A DNA stretch of 55,545 nucleotides from Bacillales bacterium UBA3620 (GTDB taxonomy: Bacteria; Bacillota_I; Bacilli_A; RF39; UBA660), in NCBI GenBank assembly GCA_002375205.1, contig DFLL01000015.1:1-55545 (forward strand). Reading direction: 5' to 3'. Within the stretch, counting starts at the first letter, position 1. Every line of letters begins with the position of its first letter. Positions 32,217-42,246 of the stretch are shown here, in pieces. The notes under the pieces were generated by a model. It made no database searches and was not told the DNA's origin. It was given only the letters and a program-made list of their open reading frames with translations. A program made the position numbers and the translations under genes.

Positions 32217-32292
32217 CCATTGTAAAGTAGTTCTCTTTTTCTTTACTTATGGCATAATTTACTTTATAATAAATATAGAAAAGGTGATTTGA

Positions 32293-33603
32293 ATGAAACT
32301 TACTGGTGATGTGGTTAAACACATATCAAGTATTAAGGATGAGCCAGACTGGATGCTTAAATTTAGGCTTAATGCTTTAGAGGCTTTCAATAAGAGTAGT
32401 AATCCTTCTTTTGGACCTAAGCTTGATATTGATTATGATAGTATTAATTATTATAAAGAACGTGAAGAAGAACTTACTGATAATTGGAATAATTTATCGT
32501 GTGGAGTAAGAAATTTATTTGATGATTTAGGAGTTATTTCAGCTGAGAAAAAGTATTTAGATGGTGTTGGTGCACAATATGATAGTGAAGTTATTTATCA
32601 TAATATGAATAAAGAACTTAAGGATAAGAATGTTATTTTTTGTGATACTGATACTGCTCTAAGAGATTATCCAGATATTTTTAAAAGATATTTTAATACT
32701 TTGGTTAAGTATAATGAAAATAAATTTACGGCATTAAATGGTGCTGTTTGGTCTGGCGGTACTTTTATTTACATACCTCCTGATACGCATTTAGATAGAC
32801 CTTTACAAAGTTATTTTAGAATTAATAGTAAGAATATGGGACAATTTGAGAGAACTCTTATTATTGTTGATGATAATAGTGAACTACATTATATTGAGGG
32901 ATGTACTGCTCCTACATATACGGAAGATGCTCTTCATGCGGCAGTTGTAGAAATATTTGTTGGTAAGAATTCTAAATGTAGATATACAACTATCCAAAAT
33001 TGGTCTAGTGATGTTTATAATCTTGTTACAAAAAGGGCTATAGTCGAAGAAAATGGTCTTATGGAATGGATAGATGGTAATGTTGGCTCTAAATCAAATA
33101 TGAAATATCCTTGTTGTATACTTAAAGGTGATAATTCGAGAGGCAGTTGTATTACAGTAGCTGCTGCTGGTAGTGGGCAAGTACAAGATAGTGGAGCTAA
33201 GATGATTCATTTAGGTAAGAATACGAAAAGTAATATTGTATCTAAATCGATAGCTTCTGGAGGTGGCCTTGCTACATATAGAGGTACTGTTAGAATAGGA
33301 AAAAATGCTACTAACTCGAGAGCATCTGTTAAATGTGATACTTTAATACTAGATAACATTTCTAAAAGTGATACTATTCCTACAAATGTTGTTAATAATA
33401 ATAGTTCTTTTTTAGAACATGAAGCTACTGTTTCGAAGATAAGTGCGGATAAGTTGTTTTATTTAATGAGTAGAGGAATTAATGAAGAAAAGGCTAAAGA
33501 ACTTATTATTATGGGATTTGTTAATGCTTTTAGAGAAGAACTTCCTATGGAATATGCTGTTGAATTAAATAGACTCTTGGCTCTTAATATTGGAGGAAAA
33601 TAA
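32293..33603 (+). CDS. sufB: Fe-S cluster assembly protein SufB
   Basis: EPDWML, GAQYDSEV, AVWSGGTF, GQFERTLI, HYIEGCTAP, EHEATVSKI, LPMEYAVE. Confidence 0.96.
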   Translation: MKLTGDVVKHISSIKDEPDWMLKFRLNALEAFNKSSNPSFGPKLDIDYDSINYYKEREEELTDNWNNLSCGVRNLFDDLGVISAEKKYLDGVGAQYDSEVIYHNMNKELKDKNVIFCDTDTALRDYPDIFKRYFNTLVKYNENKFTALNGAVWSGGTFIYIPPDTHLDRPLQSYFRINSKNMGQFERTLIIVDDNSELHYIEGCTAPTYTEDALHAAVVEIFVGKNSKCRYTTIQNWSSDVYNLVTKRAIVEENGLMEWIDGNVGSKSNMKYPCCILKGDNSRGSCITVAAAGSGQVQDSGAKMIHLGKNTKSNIVSKSIASGGGLATYRGTVRIGKNATNSRASVKCDTLILDNISKSDTIPTNVVNNNSSFLEHEATVSKISADKLFYLMSRGINEEKAKELIIMGFVNAFREELPMEYAVELNRLLALNIGGK

Positions 33604-34889
33604 TGAAGAAATTATTTGGTACGTTATTTATTTTTTTAATTATTGGTTTTGCCTGTTATTTTGTTTATGTTAACTATATTAAAGGAATTATTCCAAAAAT
33701 TGGTGTGGAAGAAGAAGTCGCTAATATCGATGAATATTATATTTATGGTAATCACTTTAACATAAAGGGAGATTTAAAAATAACAGATATTAATTACGAT
33801 GATATTTCACTTGTTTTATATAATGGTGAAGAAATGGTATTTGATGTTAATGATGAAAAGGAAGGTACTAATATTTCATTTTCTTCTTCAGAATATATTA
33901 ATGAAGGAATATATATTGATAATTTAGATAAAGGTATTTATTATTTGTTCTTAAAACTTACTTATGAAAATAAAGAGGATAAGAAAAATCCTATTTATAA
34001 ATATTATGTTTTAAAGAATAATACTGAATATAATGAGACAATTTATTATACTTTATCTAAATATAATAATAAAATTATTATTAATAGTGATGAAGAATAT
34101 GGTACTTTTATGTTTAATGTAAGTGAGAATAAGGATAATAATATTTATGATGTTACGATAGATCCGGGTCATGGAGGACTTGATAGTGGGGCATTATTTG
34201 ATATTTATAAAGAAAGCGACTTTACGATGAATATTAGTTTGAAATTAAAAAAATATCTAGAGAGTAAAAATATTAAAGTTAAACTTACCCATGATAAAGG
34301 TGATATCCCTTCTGATAAAACAATAGATGAGTATAATGAACATGGTAGAGCTGTTATTCCTAATGAAGTTAAATCTAAATATACTTTTTCTATTCATATC
34401 AATAAAAATAATTCTTCTAGTGTTAAGGGAATGGAAGTATATACCCCTGATAATATTAATTATGATTTTGCAAAAGACATTGTTAATAATATTGTTAATA
34501 ATACTGATTTTGGTTATTCTACTAATAAGATGTATAGAGTGTCTGATGGAGTATATACTCATAATTTTACTGAGACCGAGGTTAAATCTTCTTTAAATGG
34601 ATATAAAGAAAAAGGATATAAAGCATATGGAGTTTCTACTAAAAGTAACTACTTATATATGATAAGAGAAACAGGTGGGTATTTAACTGGAGCTTATGTT
34701 GATGATAGTAATCCAGATAAAGTTGGTGTTAATCCGTATTATAATAGTAATATAGGAAATGAAGCTTATTTACTTGAACTTAGTTATTTATCTAATAGTA
34801 GCGACCTAAATATACTTCTTAAAAGCGAAGAAAAACTTGCCACTTTAATTGGTGAAGCTATAGTGAAAGAACTGACTATTGAAAAATAA
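33603..34889 (+). CDS. membrane-anchored N-acetylmuramoyl-L-alanine amidase (Amidase_3)
   Basis: IDPGHGGLDSGA...E, SIHIN, LLELSYLSN. Confidence 0.88.
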   Translation: MKKLFGTLFIFLIIGFACYFVYVNYIKGIIPKIGVEEEVANIDEYYIYGNHFNIKGDLKITDINYDDISLVLYNGEEMVFDVNDEKEGTNISFSSSEYINEGIYIDNLDKGIYYLFLKLTYENKEDKKNPIYKYYVLKNNTEYNETIYYTLSKYNNKIIINSDEEYGTFMFNVSENKDNNIYDVTIDPGHGGLDSGALFDIYKESDFTMNISLKLKKYLESKNIKVKLTHDKGDIPSDKTIDEYNEHGRAVIPNEVKSKYTFSIHINKNNSSSVKGMEVYTPDNINYDFAKDIVNNIVNNTDFGYSTNKMYRVSDGVYTHNFTETEVKSSLNGYKEKGYKAYGVSTKSNYLYMIRETGGYLTGAYVDDSNPDKVGVNPYYNSNIGNEAYLLELSYLSNSSDLNILLKSEEKLATLIGEAIVKELTIEK

Positions 34890-35076
34890 AGTGTAAAGTT
34901 AGTGTAAAGTAGTATGATGTTGTAAAAAACTTTTTTGATTATTAAAAAGAGATAGAAAAATTCTTTTTAGTAATTATGAAAGTTTTTTTCTTTATAAAAA
35001 TGTCTTTAAAAGATATTTTTGAGTGTTTGATTTGATTACTTATATCATGATATATTGCTTTCGAAAGGAGGTAATT

Positions 35077-35454
35077 ATGGTTAATCAAATTGTTTTAGTT
35101 GGTAGGATAGCGAGAGCTCCGGAAGTTAGAACAACAGAGACTGGCAAGAAGTATGCATCTTTAACACTTGCTGTTCCTAGAGCATATAAAAATGTTAATG
35201 GGGAATATGATACTGATTTTTTAGATTGTACTTTATGGACACAAGTTGCTGAGTCTACGAGTGAATATTGTAGTACTGGCGATATGATTGGCGTGAAAGG
35301 CCGTGTTCAAAATAGAATTATTGAGTCTCCTGATGGTACGAAAAGAAGAAAGACAGAGATTGTTGCTGAAAGAGTTACATTCTTAACTTCTAATCCTAAT
35401 CGCAAAAGAGATGAAATAGATTCTGATGAAGAACCTGATGAAGAAGCAGATTAG
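35077..35454 (+). CDS. ssb: single-stranded DNA-binding protein (short form)
   Basis: NQIVLVGR, TLAVPR, TDFLDC, GVKGR, EIVAERVTFL; RBS aaggagg before ATG 35077. Confidence 0.93.
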   Translation: MVNQIVLVGRIARAPEVRTTETGKKYASLTLAVPRAYKNVNGEYDTDFLDCTLWTQVAESTSEYCSTGDMIGVKGRVQNRIIESPDGTKRRKTEIVAERVTFLTSNPNRKRDEIDSDEEPDEEAD

Positions 35455-35475
35455 TTTCTGCTTCTTCTTATAATT

Positions 35476-35661
35476 ATGGAAAAGGACATAGGAGATAATC
35501 CTAGTATTGGAATAATTCTTTGTACTTCTTAGAAAGATACAATTGTTAAATATTCTGTTTTAAATGATAATAAAAATTTGTTTGCTTCTAAATATCAATT
35601 GTTTTTACCTACTGAAAAAGAATTTGCTGATGAGGTGAAAAATTTTAAAACTAATATGTAA
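35476..35661 (+). pseudogene. C-terminal remnant of DUF1016/YhcG PD-(D/E)XK nuclease
   Basis: translates as MEKDIGDNPSIGIILCTS*KDTIVKYSVLNDNKNLFASKYQLFLPTEKEF...; in-frame TAG at 35530. Confidence 0.85.
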
Positions 35662-35806
35662 GTCTTATTGTATAGTTTTATATTTATTTGATAATAATAT
35701 TATTGACTATTTCCTAAAAAAAATGTCAAATATACTATACAAATTTATTTTTTTGTTATAGAATAATATTAACAAAAAGGTAACATAGGGATATTTTGAA
35801 AGGAAA

Positions 35807-36178
35807 TTGATTATAATGGTTGGTAAGAGACTTAAAGAAATAAGGACAAAAAAAGGATTATCACAACAAAAACTTGGAGATATGATTGGTGTTACTAAGG
35901 TATCAATATGTGGATATGAAAATGGTACAAGAGTACCTACAATTGAAAATCTAGTTAAACTAGCGGATAACTTAGATACGACGATTGATTATTTGCTTGG
36001 CAGAGAAGTTGCAATTATTAACGAGGAAAATAAATCTTATATCGGTTCGATTTCTTATGAGGATGTTTGTTTTATTATGGAACTTAGACATTATCCTAAT
36101 TTATATGGTAAACTTTTAAAAGATTGTAAAAGATCGGCAAGTCTAATCAATAAAAAATTTATTACTAGTGAGAAGTAG
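35807..36178 (+). CDS. XRE family HTH transcriptional regulator
   Basis: RLKEIR..KGLSQQKLG..IGV....I..YENG.R.P....L..LA......DYLLGR. Confidence 0.92.
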   Translation: MIIMVGKRLKEIRTKKGLSQQKLGDMIGVTKVSICGYENGTRVPTIENLVKLADNLDTTIDYLLGREVAIINEENKSYIGSISYEDVCFIMELRHYPNLYGKLLKDCKRSASLINKKFITSEK

Positions 36179-36265
36179 CTATATGCTATTTTTTTTGGTT
36201 AAAAATTCCAATATAAAAATAGTATTATTTGTTTATACTATTATTAGGAAAGGAGTTAATTATAT

Positions 36266-36811
36266 ATGAAAAAAGCTTTACTTATAATAGCTGTAATAGC
36301 AGTATTATCTGGATGTGGTACTAATGATAGTTTAACTTGTAGTACTGAGAATACTCTTGGTAATATTAGTTCTAGTACAACATATAAAATTGATTACAGA
36401 GATAATGATGTTAAGATGATGACTGTTACTTATGAGTATAAAGATGGTCATACTGATGGTGTTGGTACTGGTACTGATGGTACTACCGAAGATGATGATA
36501 ATACTGGTGAAACAGATGGTGTAGTAGATGGTGTAGTAGGAGAAGCTCTTGATGATGTTGTTACTGGTGTTACTAATACGGTATTAGATCTTGCTGATAT
36601 TAGAACTAGGCATAATAATAGATTTGGCACTTATACGAATACTGATGGTTTTATGACTTCTGTTGATACAGATAATAATAATGATTATAAAGTGACTTAT
36701 ACTTATGATTTTAGTAAGTTATCTGATGATGATATAAGTAATTTTGGTATTAGTAGAGATTTTGATACTATGCAAAGTATGTATACTAGTCGTGGATTAA
36801 CATGTAGATAG
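36266..36811 (+). CDS. lipoprotein, Asp/Thr/Gly-rich
   Basis: lipobox LSGC; terminal 'GLTCR'. Confidence 0.8.
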   Translation: MKKALLIIAVIAVLSGCGTNDSLTCSTENTLGNISSSTTYKIDYRDNDVKMMTVTYEYKDGHTDGVGTGTDGTTEDDDNTGETDGVVDGVVGEALDDVVTGVTNTVLDLADIRTRHNNRFGTYTNTDGFMTSVDTDNNNDYKVTYTYDFSKLSDDDISNFGISRDFDTMQSMYTSRGLTCR

Positions 36812-36833
36812 AATAAAAATGTAACCAAATAGG

Positions 36834-37400
36834 TTACATTTTATTTTTGTATTTCTTTTTATATTCATTATATAATTCTTTAAATCTAGTAAAATGAATT
36901 ATTTCTCTTTGTCTTAAGAATAATAATGGCCCTATGACATCTGGGTCATCTGTTAAATCTAATAGATTTTCGTAAACGGCTCTTGCTTTTTGTTCAGCGG
37001 CCATATCTTCAGAAATGTCTGCGAGTGGGTCTCCAGTTGTGGCAAAATATGCTATGGTAAATGGTACGCCATTGGCATCGGTTGGATATAATGCTCTTCC
37101 ATGTTCGGCATAATGGGTATCTAATCCGGCTTTTTTAAGTTCGTCAAGGGTGGCGTCTTTCATTAATTGGTATATCATAGTAGATATTATTTCAACATGA
37201 GCAAGTTCTTCAGTACCTATATCAGTTAATAAGGCTTTTCCTTTATCGTCGGGCATTGTATATCTTTGATTTAGATATCTAAAGGCTGCTGCCAGTTCAC
37301 CATTAGAACCACCATACTGTGTTACTAAATATTTTGCGATTCTTAAGTCTTTTTTCTTTATGTTGACGGGATATTCTAATGTTTTAATATATTTCCACAT
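36834..37400 (-). CDS. cotJC: manganese catalase family spore coat protein CotJC
   Basis: MWKYIKTLEYPV, QYGG.NGEL, DIGTEELAH, EDMAAEQKAR, REIIH. Confidence 0.92.
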   Translation of the reverse strand: MWKYIKTLEYPVNIKKKDLRIAKYLVTQYGGSNGELAAAFRYLNQRYTMPDDKGKALLTDIGTEELAHVEIISTMIYQLMKDATLDELKKAGLDTHYAEHGRALYPTDANGVPFTIAYFATTGDPLADISEDMAAEQKARAVYENLLDLTDDPDVIGPLLFLRQREIIHFTRFKELYNEYKKKYKNKM

Positions 37401-37888
37401 TATTTTTGCACCTCCCAAGGCCATGGCGAGTTATCCCAAAGCCAATTATTTCTTTGAACTTCACTATCGATTGTTAATGGTCCATATTTTTCTTCAAACA
37501 TATTTGTTAATTCTTTTTTATTATTTAGATATGTATTGAATAGTTTTAATGCATCTTTATCATTTGGATACATATCTAAATAAAGTTGTAAATCGATCAT
37601 GGCAAAATTATATTCCATTATTTGCATTAACATATCTTCTCTTTCACTATTAGCGGTTAGTTTTCTTGGTTTTAAGTTTTTGTATTCATCATAAAGGTTT
37701 TTAAACATGTTACCTCTTTTAAAGCCTTCTTCAGTTGATATAATATTATTATTTTGGTTATTAGAAGTATTCATATTATTTGGCATTAGACTTTGATAAT
37801 TTAAGTCTTCAATCATTTGATTGGAATTTGGCATATAATTCATATCATTATAGCCATTTAGATAATTATAATAATCGTTAAAATTCAT
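37400..37888 (-). CDS. cotJB: spore coat protein CotJB with N-terminal CotJA-like segment
   Basis: FAMIDLQLYLDMYP.D..AL, YGPLT, W.W...PWPWE; upstream EEGFKRGNMFKNLY motif. Confidence 0.88.
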   Translation of the reverse strand: MNFNDYYNYLNGYNDMNYMPNSNQMIEDLNYQSLMPNNMNTSNNQNNNIISTEEGFKRGNMFKNLYDEYKNLKPRKLTANSEREDMLMQIMEYNFAMIDLQLYLDMYPNDKDALKLFNTYLNNKKELTNMFEEKYGPLTIDSEVQRNNWLWDNSPWPWEVQK

Positions 37889-38036
37889 TATTTTTCCTCC
37901 CTAAAATAGATTATGTAACTAGTTATTATGTGTATGGGATAATACCTAAAATGTTAAAATAAATATTTTGTATAAAAAAATGCTTTTATTTCTTTCCAGT
38001 TTAATATATAATTATTATGTAAGGAGTTGATTAAGG

Positions 38037-38759
38037 GTGGCTAAGTTTTGTTCTAATTGCGGTAAAGAATTAAATGATAATGCTGATATTTGTTTAAACT
38101 GTGGAGTTTTGATTAATAAAGAGGAAAGTAAGATTAATAGTAATAAGAATATTAATAATAGTAAAAAGAAAGGTCTTCCTACTTGGGCAATTGTTTTAAT
38201 TGTTTTAGGATGCGTTATATTAATACCTCTGATTATCTTTATTATATTTGGTATATTTGTAGTTAATGTTGTTAAAGATGAAGGTGGTAAGTATCTTGAT
38301 GACGTTAAAGATTATTATAATGATTATGTAGAAAATTATGAGGTAATTGATGAGGGTACAATAGGAGATACTTTAGAAATAGATGGTGTTAGGTTTACTC
38401 TCAGTGAGGCTCTTAAGTATGATTCTATTGGTGATAATACTCCAGTAGAAGGAAAAGAGTATTTGGTATTCTTCTTTGATGTAGAAAATACTTCTAGTGA
38501 AGAAAAATTAGTTACTTATTTAAATTTTAGTGGACTAGTTGATGATGAAAGAATTATGACTACATTTATATTTGGTGATATAGATGGTATTACTAATTTG
38601 AATAAGAATTTACAAGTAGGAGAGATTACTAAGGGATATGTTGCTTTTGAAGTGGATAAAAATTGGGAAAATTTTGATCTGAGTTATAGAAAACTACTTA
38701 GTGATAAAGGTATTACTTTTTATGTTGTAAATGAAAAAAATGAAAAAGCTGAAGTTTAG
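38037..38759 (+). CDS. zinc-ribbon / TM / DUF4352-like Ig-fold protein
   Basis: FCSNCG...CLNCG, TM helix, 'GKEYLVFFFDVENTS...KGYVAFEV'. Confidence 0.8.
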   Translation: MAKFCSNCGKELNDNADICLNCGVLINKEESKINSNKNINNSKKKGLPTWAIVLIVLGCVILIPLIIFIIFGIFVVNVVKDEGGKYLDDVKDYYNDYVENYEVIDEGTIGDTLEIDGVRFTLSEALKYDSIGDNTPVEGKEYLVFFFDVENTSSEEKLVTYLNFSGLVDDERIMTTFIFGDIDGITNLNKNLQVGEITKGYVAFEVDKNWENFDLSYRKLLSDKGITFYVVNEKNEKAEV

Positions 38760-38771
38760 GATGGTGATTTT

Positions 38772-39467
38772 ATGGTAGTAGTAGATATTATTATACTTAT
38801 ATTAATTGCTCTTGGAGCAATAGGGGGATTTAAGGCAGGAGTAATAAAAAAGACAACTGATTTTGTTGGTACACTTGTTATTGTTATTATAGCTTTTTAT
38901 CTTAAAAATAATTTATCAGTTATTATGTATGAAAATTTACCTTTTTATGATTTTGGTGGTCTTATTAAAGGGGTAGAAGTTATTAATATTTTATTTTATG
39001 AAGTATTGGCTTTTATTATTGTATTTGCTTTATTATTAGTTATTTTAAGGGTATTACTTATGGTTACTGGTCTTATTGAGAAAATACTTAAAGCTACGGT
39101 TATACTTAGTATTCCTTCAAAAATACTTGGTATATTTGTTGGTATGATTGAAATGTATGTTTATGTATTTATTACTTTAGTTTTTCTATCTTTACCGGTA
39201 TTTAATATTTCTTATGTAAAGGAATCAAAATTAGCTAATTTTATGCTTAATGATACTCCAGTTTTATCATCGATGGCTGAAGATATTATTGGAACATATG
39301 GTGAAGTATATGAACTTATTGACAATAAAGAAAATAAAACGAGTGAAGAAGTTAATACGGAAATATTAAAAGTGTTATTTGATAAGGAAGTTATTACGAA
39401 AGAATCTGCGAGAAAGTTAGTAGATAAGAATAAACTTCATTTAAGTGATAATACTATATTAGAATAG
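38772..39467 (+). CDS. CvpA family membrane protein
   Basis: VDIIIL....GFKAG, KILGIFVG, four TMs. Confidence 0.85.
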   Translation: MVVVDIIILILIALGAIGGFKAGVIKKTTDFVGTLVIVIIAFYLKNNLSVIMYENLPFYDFGGLIKGVEVINILFYEVLAFIIVFALLLVILRVLLMVTGLIEKILKATVILSIPSKILGIFVGMIEMYVYVFITLVFLSLPVFNISYVKESKLANFMLNDTPVLSSMAEDIIGTYGEVYELIDNKENKTSEEVNTEILKVLFDKEVITKESARKLVDKNKLHLSDNTILE

Positions 39468-39478
39468 GAGGTTAAGAT

Positions 39479-39772
39479 ATGGGACTTATTCATTATGAAA
39501 AAGATTTTTCTTCTTTAATAGAAAATAAAGCAGTAGTGGATTTTTATGCAACTTGGTGTGGACCTTGTAAAATGTTTGCTCCAATATTTGAAGAAGTTTC
39601 TAATGAAATAGATATGAATTTTATTAAGTTGGATACTGATGAACATTCAGATATTGCTAGAGGATATGGTGTTATGAGTATTCCTACAATTATACTATTT
39701 GAAAATGGTAACGAAGTTAAAAGACATACTGGTTTTATGTCTAAAGAAGAATTTATTAAATTTTTAAATTAA
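39479..39772 (+). CDS. trxA: thioredoxin
   Basis: VDFYATWCGPCK, YGVMSIPT. Confidence 0.95.
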   Translation: MGLIHYEKDFSSLIENKAVVDFYATWCGPCKMFAPIFEEVSNEIDMNFIKLDTDEHSDIARGYGVMSIPTIILFENGNEVKRHTGFMSKEEFIKFLN

Positions 39773-39844
39773 GCAATAGATGATATTGCTTTTTTTTTAT
39801 ATTTTTGATATCATTGTTATAGATATATAGAAGGTGGTGCTGAT

Positions 39845-40402
39845 ATGGAAAATGGTAAAAGAGTTAATGGTTATTATTTAGTTATTTTGATTTTAGCATT
39901 AATTATAATAGCTATTGGTATTACTTTTGCATATTTTACACTTGCGGGTAAAGAAGAAGATGATAGTACACAGATTTGGACGGGTACTTTATCAATTAAT
40001 TATGTTGATGGTAAAGAAATTAAAGCATATGATTTATTTCCTATTAATGAACCTAAACTTGGGGATACTACATATGTATATACAAAGAATTTTTCTGTTA
40101 CTAGTAATGGTACTTTAGATCAAACTATTGATTTATATATTGATATTACGAAGAATGAATTTGTTAGTAATCATTTAAGATATTCTTTATATGATGCTAA
40201 TGGTAATAAGATTACTACTGGTGGGTTACCTAGTAGTGGTAAGATTCTTATGACTTCTAATGTGTTTTTAAAGAGCGGTGAAACAAAAGATTATACGGTA
40301 CTTCTTTGGCTTATGGAAACGAAAGAGAATCAAAATAATGAACAAGATTGTTCTTTCAGTGGGGAATTTGATATATTTGCTAATCAAATTAAATATGAAT
40401 AA
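39845..40402 (+). CDS. SipW-type signal peptide protein, TasA/CalY-like
   Basis: hydrophobic helix ending GITFAYFT, 'TGTLSI', 'FSVTSNGT', 'LWL.ET..NQN.EQ'. Confidence 0.65.
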   Translation: MENGKRVNGYYLVILILALIIIAIGITFAYFTLAGKEEDDSTQIWTGTLSINYVDGKEIKAYDLFPINEPKLGDTTYVYTKNFSVTSNGTLDQTIDLYIDITKNEFVSNHLRYSLYDANGNKITTGGLPSSGKILMTSNVFLKSGETKDYTVLLWLMETKENQNNEQDCSFSGEFDIFANQIKYE

Positions 40403-40443
40403 ACTGCTTGTCAGTTTTTTCTTATATGAGAAAGGAATATAAG

Positions 40444-41286
40444 ATGATAGGAAAAAGAATTAGAATTAGTGATTATAAGTTTACTTATGGACAAGAAACT
40501 GTTTATATTAATGTATTTGGTGTATTTAAAAATATTAAGAGTGGTAATAAATATATTGTTTATAGTTATGATAATAAGAAGTTATATTTTGGATCTTTTT
40601 TTGTTAAGGATAATATTGGTACTGTTATGGTATCTAAAGATACTGATAAGGATATTATAAAGAACTTTATTGATAATGTTATATCTGGTAATAATGATAA
40701 TAGTTATGAAATAGAAAAACTTGATAGTATTCAAAGTATTCAGATTATTGATGAATTAATATATGATTATTCAGTTGATATTAATAAATTAGATGAAATT
40801 ACTATACCTAAGGAAAAGATTGAGGAAGTAAAGGAAACTCCTAAAAAGAAAGTATCTTTATTTGTTATTGGTATTATGGTATTATTAATTGTGATAGGTG
40901 TGTTTTTCTTTGTTAATCCAGAAGTTATTACCGGAAAGAATAATATTTATTCTTGTGATAAGAATTATAGACATAATGAATTACCTGCGACTATTAATGA
41001 AAATAGAATTGTTACTTTTAATAGCAAAGGTATTATTATGAGTATTGATATTAATACTGATTATGTTTTTAATGATATTGACTATTATAATGAATTTAAA
41101 AATAAGAGTTACTTTTATAAATATGTCGAAGAAGCCGATACTTATAAATTTGATGATACTAATTATACATATAGGGTTTTTTCTAAGATAGATGTTAATA
41201 CTGATTATTTTTTACCTGATAATAAAGAGGAACTTATTTCTTACTTTGAGAATGATGGTTATAATTGCAAAATAAAAGAAGAGTGA
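40444..41286 (+). CDS. hypothetical bitopic membrane protein
   Basis: central TM; RBS aaagga before ATG 40444. Confidence 0.7.
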   Translation: MIGKRIRISDYKFTYGQETVYINVFGVFKNIKSGNKYIVYSYDNKKLYFGSFFVKDNIGTVMVSKDTDKDIIKNFIDNVISGNNDNSYEIEKLDSIQSIQIIDELIYDYSVDINKLDEITIPKEKIEEVKETPKKKVSLFVIGIMVLLIVIGVFFFVNPEVITGKNNIYSCDKNYRHNELPATINENRIVTFNSKGIIMSIDINTDYVFNDIDYYNEFKNKSYFYKYVEEADTYKFDDTNYTYRVFSKIDVNTDYFLPDNKEELISYFENDGYNCKIKEE

Positions 41287-41291
41287 TGTAC

Positions 41292-42242
41292 ATGAAGAAT
41301 TTTTATTTATTATATGGTGATGATAAAGCTATATTAAATAAAGAAATTGATAATATTAAGAAAAATATTTCGGTTAATAATGATGATATTATCTACTATG
41401 ATATTAATAGTATTGAAGATATTGTTAATGAGGCCGAAACTATTAGCATGTTTTCTAGTACTAAGTTATTAATTATTGATAGTACTGGTTATTTATCTGA
41501 TAAGAAAGATATTAGTGATATAAAGTTACTTGAGGATTACTTTGATAATTATAATTCTAATAGTTACTTATTATTTGTTTCTAATAGTGCTTCTATTGAT
41601 TCTAGAAAAAAGTTAGTTAAGTTTATTAGTGGTAAAGGTATAGTTAAAAAAGTTGAAGCAACAGAAGATTATTTATGTAATTATGTTATTAGTAACTTAG
41701 ATAGTAATGGTTACAAGTTTAGTAAATTACTTGCTACTTATTTAATTAATAGGTGTGGTAATAATATTGATAATTTAACTAATGAACTTGATAAATTAAT
41801 GTTATATAAAATAGATAGTAAAGAAATAACGAAAGATGATATTAATTTACTTACTAATGAGAATCTTGACGATACAATATTTGATTTAGTAGGAGCTATT
41901 ATTAAGAAAGATACTAGTAAAGCTATAAAACTATATAATAACTTTGTATTAAATGGTATGGATGCTAGTCAAATTATAAATATGTTAGCTTCTCAGATTA
42001 GGTTATTATTTCAAGTTAAAAGACTTTATAATCAGGGTAAAAGTAATGATGAAATAGCTAAGATATTAGAATTTAAGAGTGTATATAGAGTTAAATATTT
42101 ACTTAGTGATAGTTATTATTATAGTGAAGAGGATTTACTTAAATATTTATCTAAATTAGCTGAATTAGATCATGATATTAAGCTTAGTTTAATTGATGGT
42201 AATACGGGTATTGAATTATTAATTGCTAAAAAAGATATGTAA
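41292..42242 (+). CDS. holA: DNA polymerase III subunit delta
   Basis: YLLYGDD, AETISMFS, IDSRKK, NELDKL.LY, IFDL, LAELD..IK. Confidence 0.9.
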   Translation: MKNFYLLYGDDKAILNKEIDNIKKNISVNNDDIIYYDINSIEDIVNEAETISMFSSTKLLIIDSTGYLSDKKDISDIKLLEDYFDNYNSNSYLLFVSNSASIDSRKKLVKFISGKGIVKKVEATEDYLCNYVISNLDSNGYKFSKLLATYLINRCGNNIDNLTNELDKLMLYKIDSKEITKDDINLLTNENLDDTIFDLVGAIIKKDTSKAIKLYNNFVLNGMDASQIINMLASQIRLLFQVKRLYNQGKSNDEIAKILEFKSVYRVKYLLSDSYYYSEEDLLKYLSKLAELDHDIKLSLIDGNTGIELLIAKKDM

Positions 42243-42246
42243 ATAA

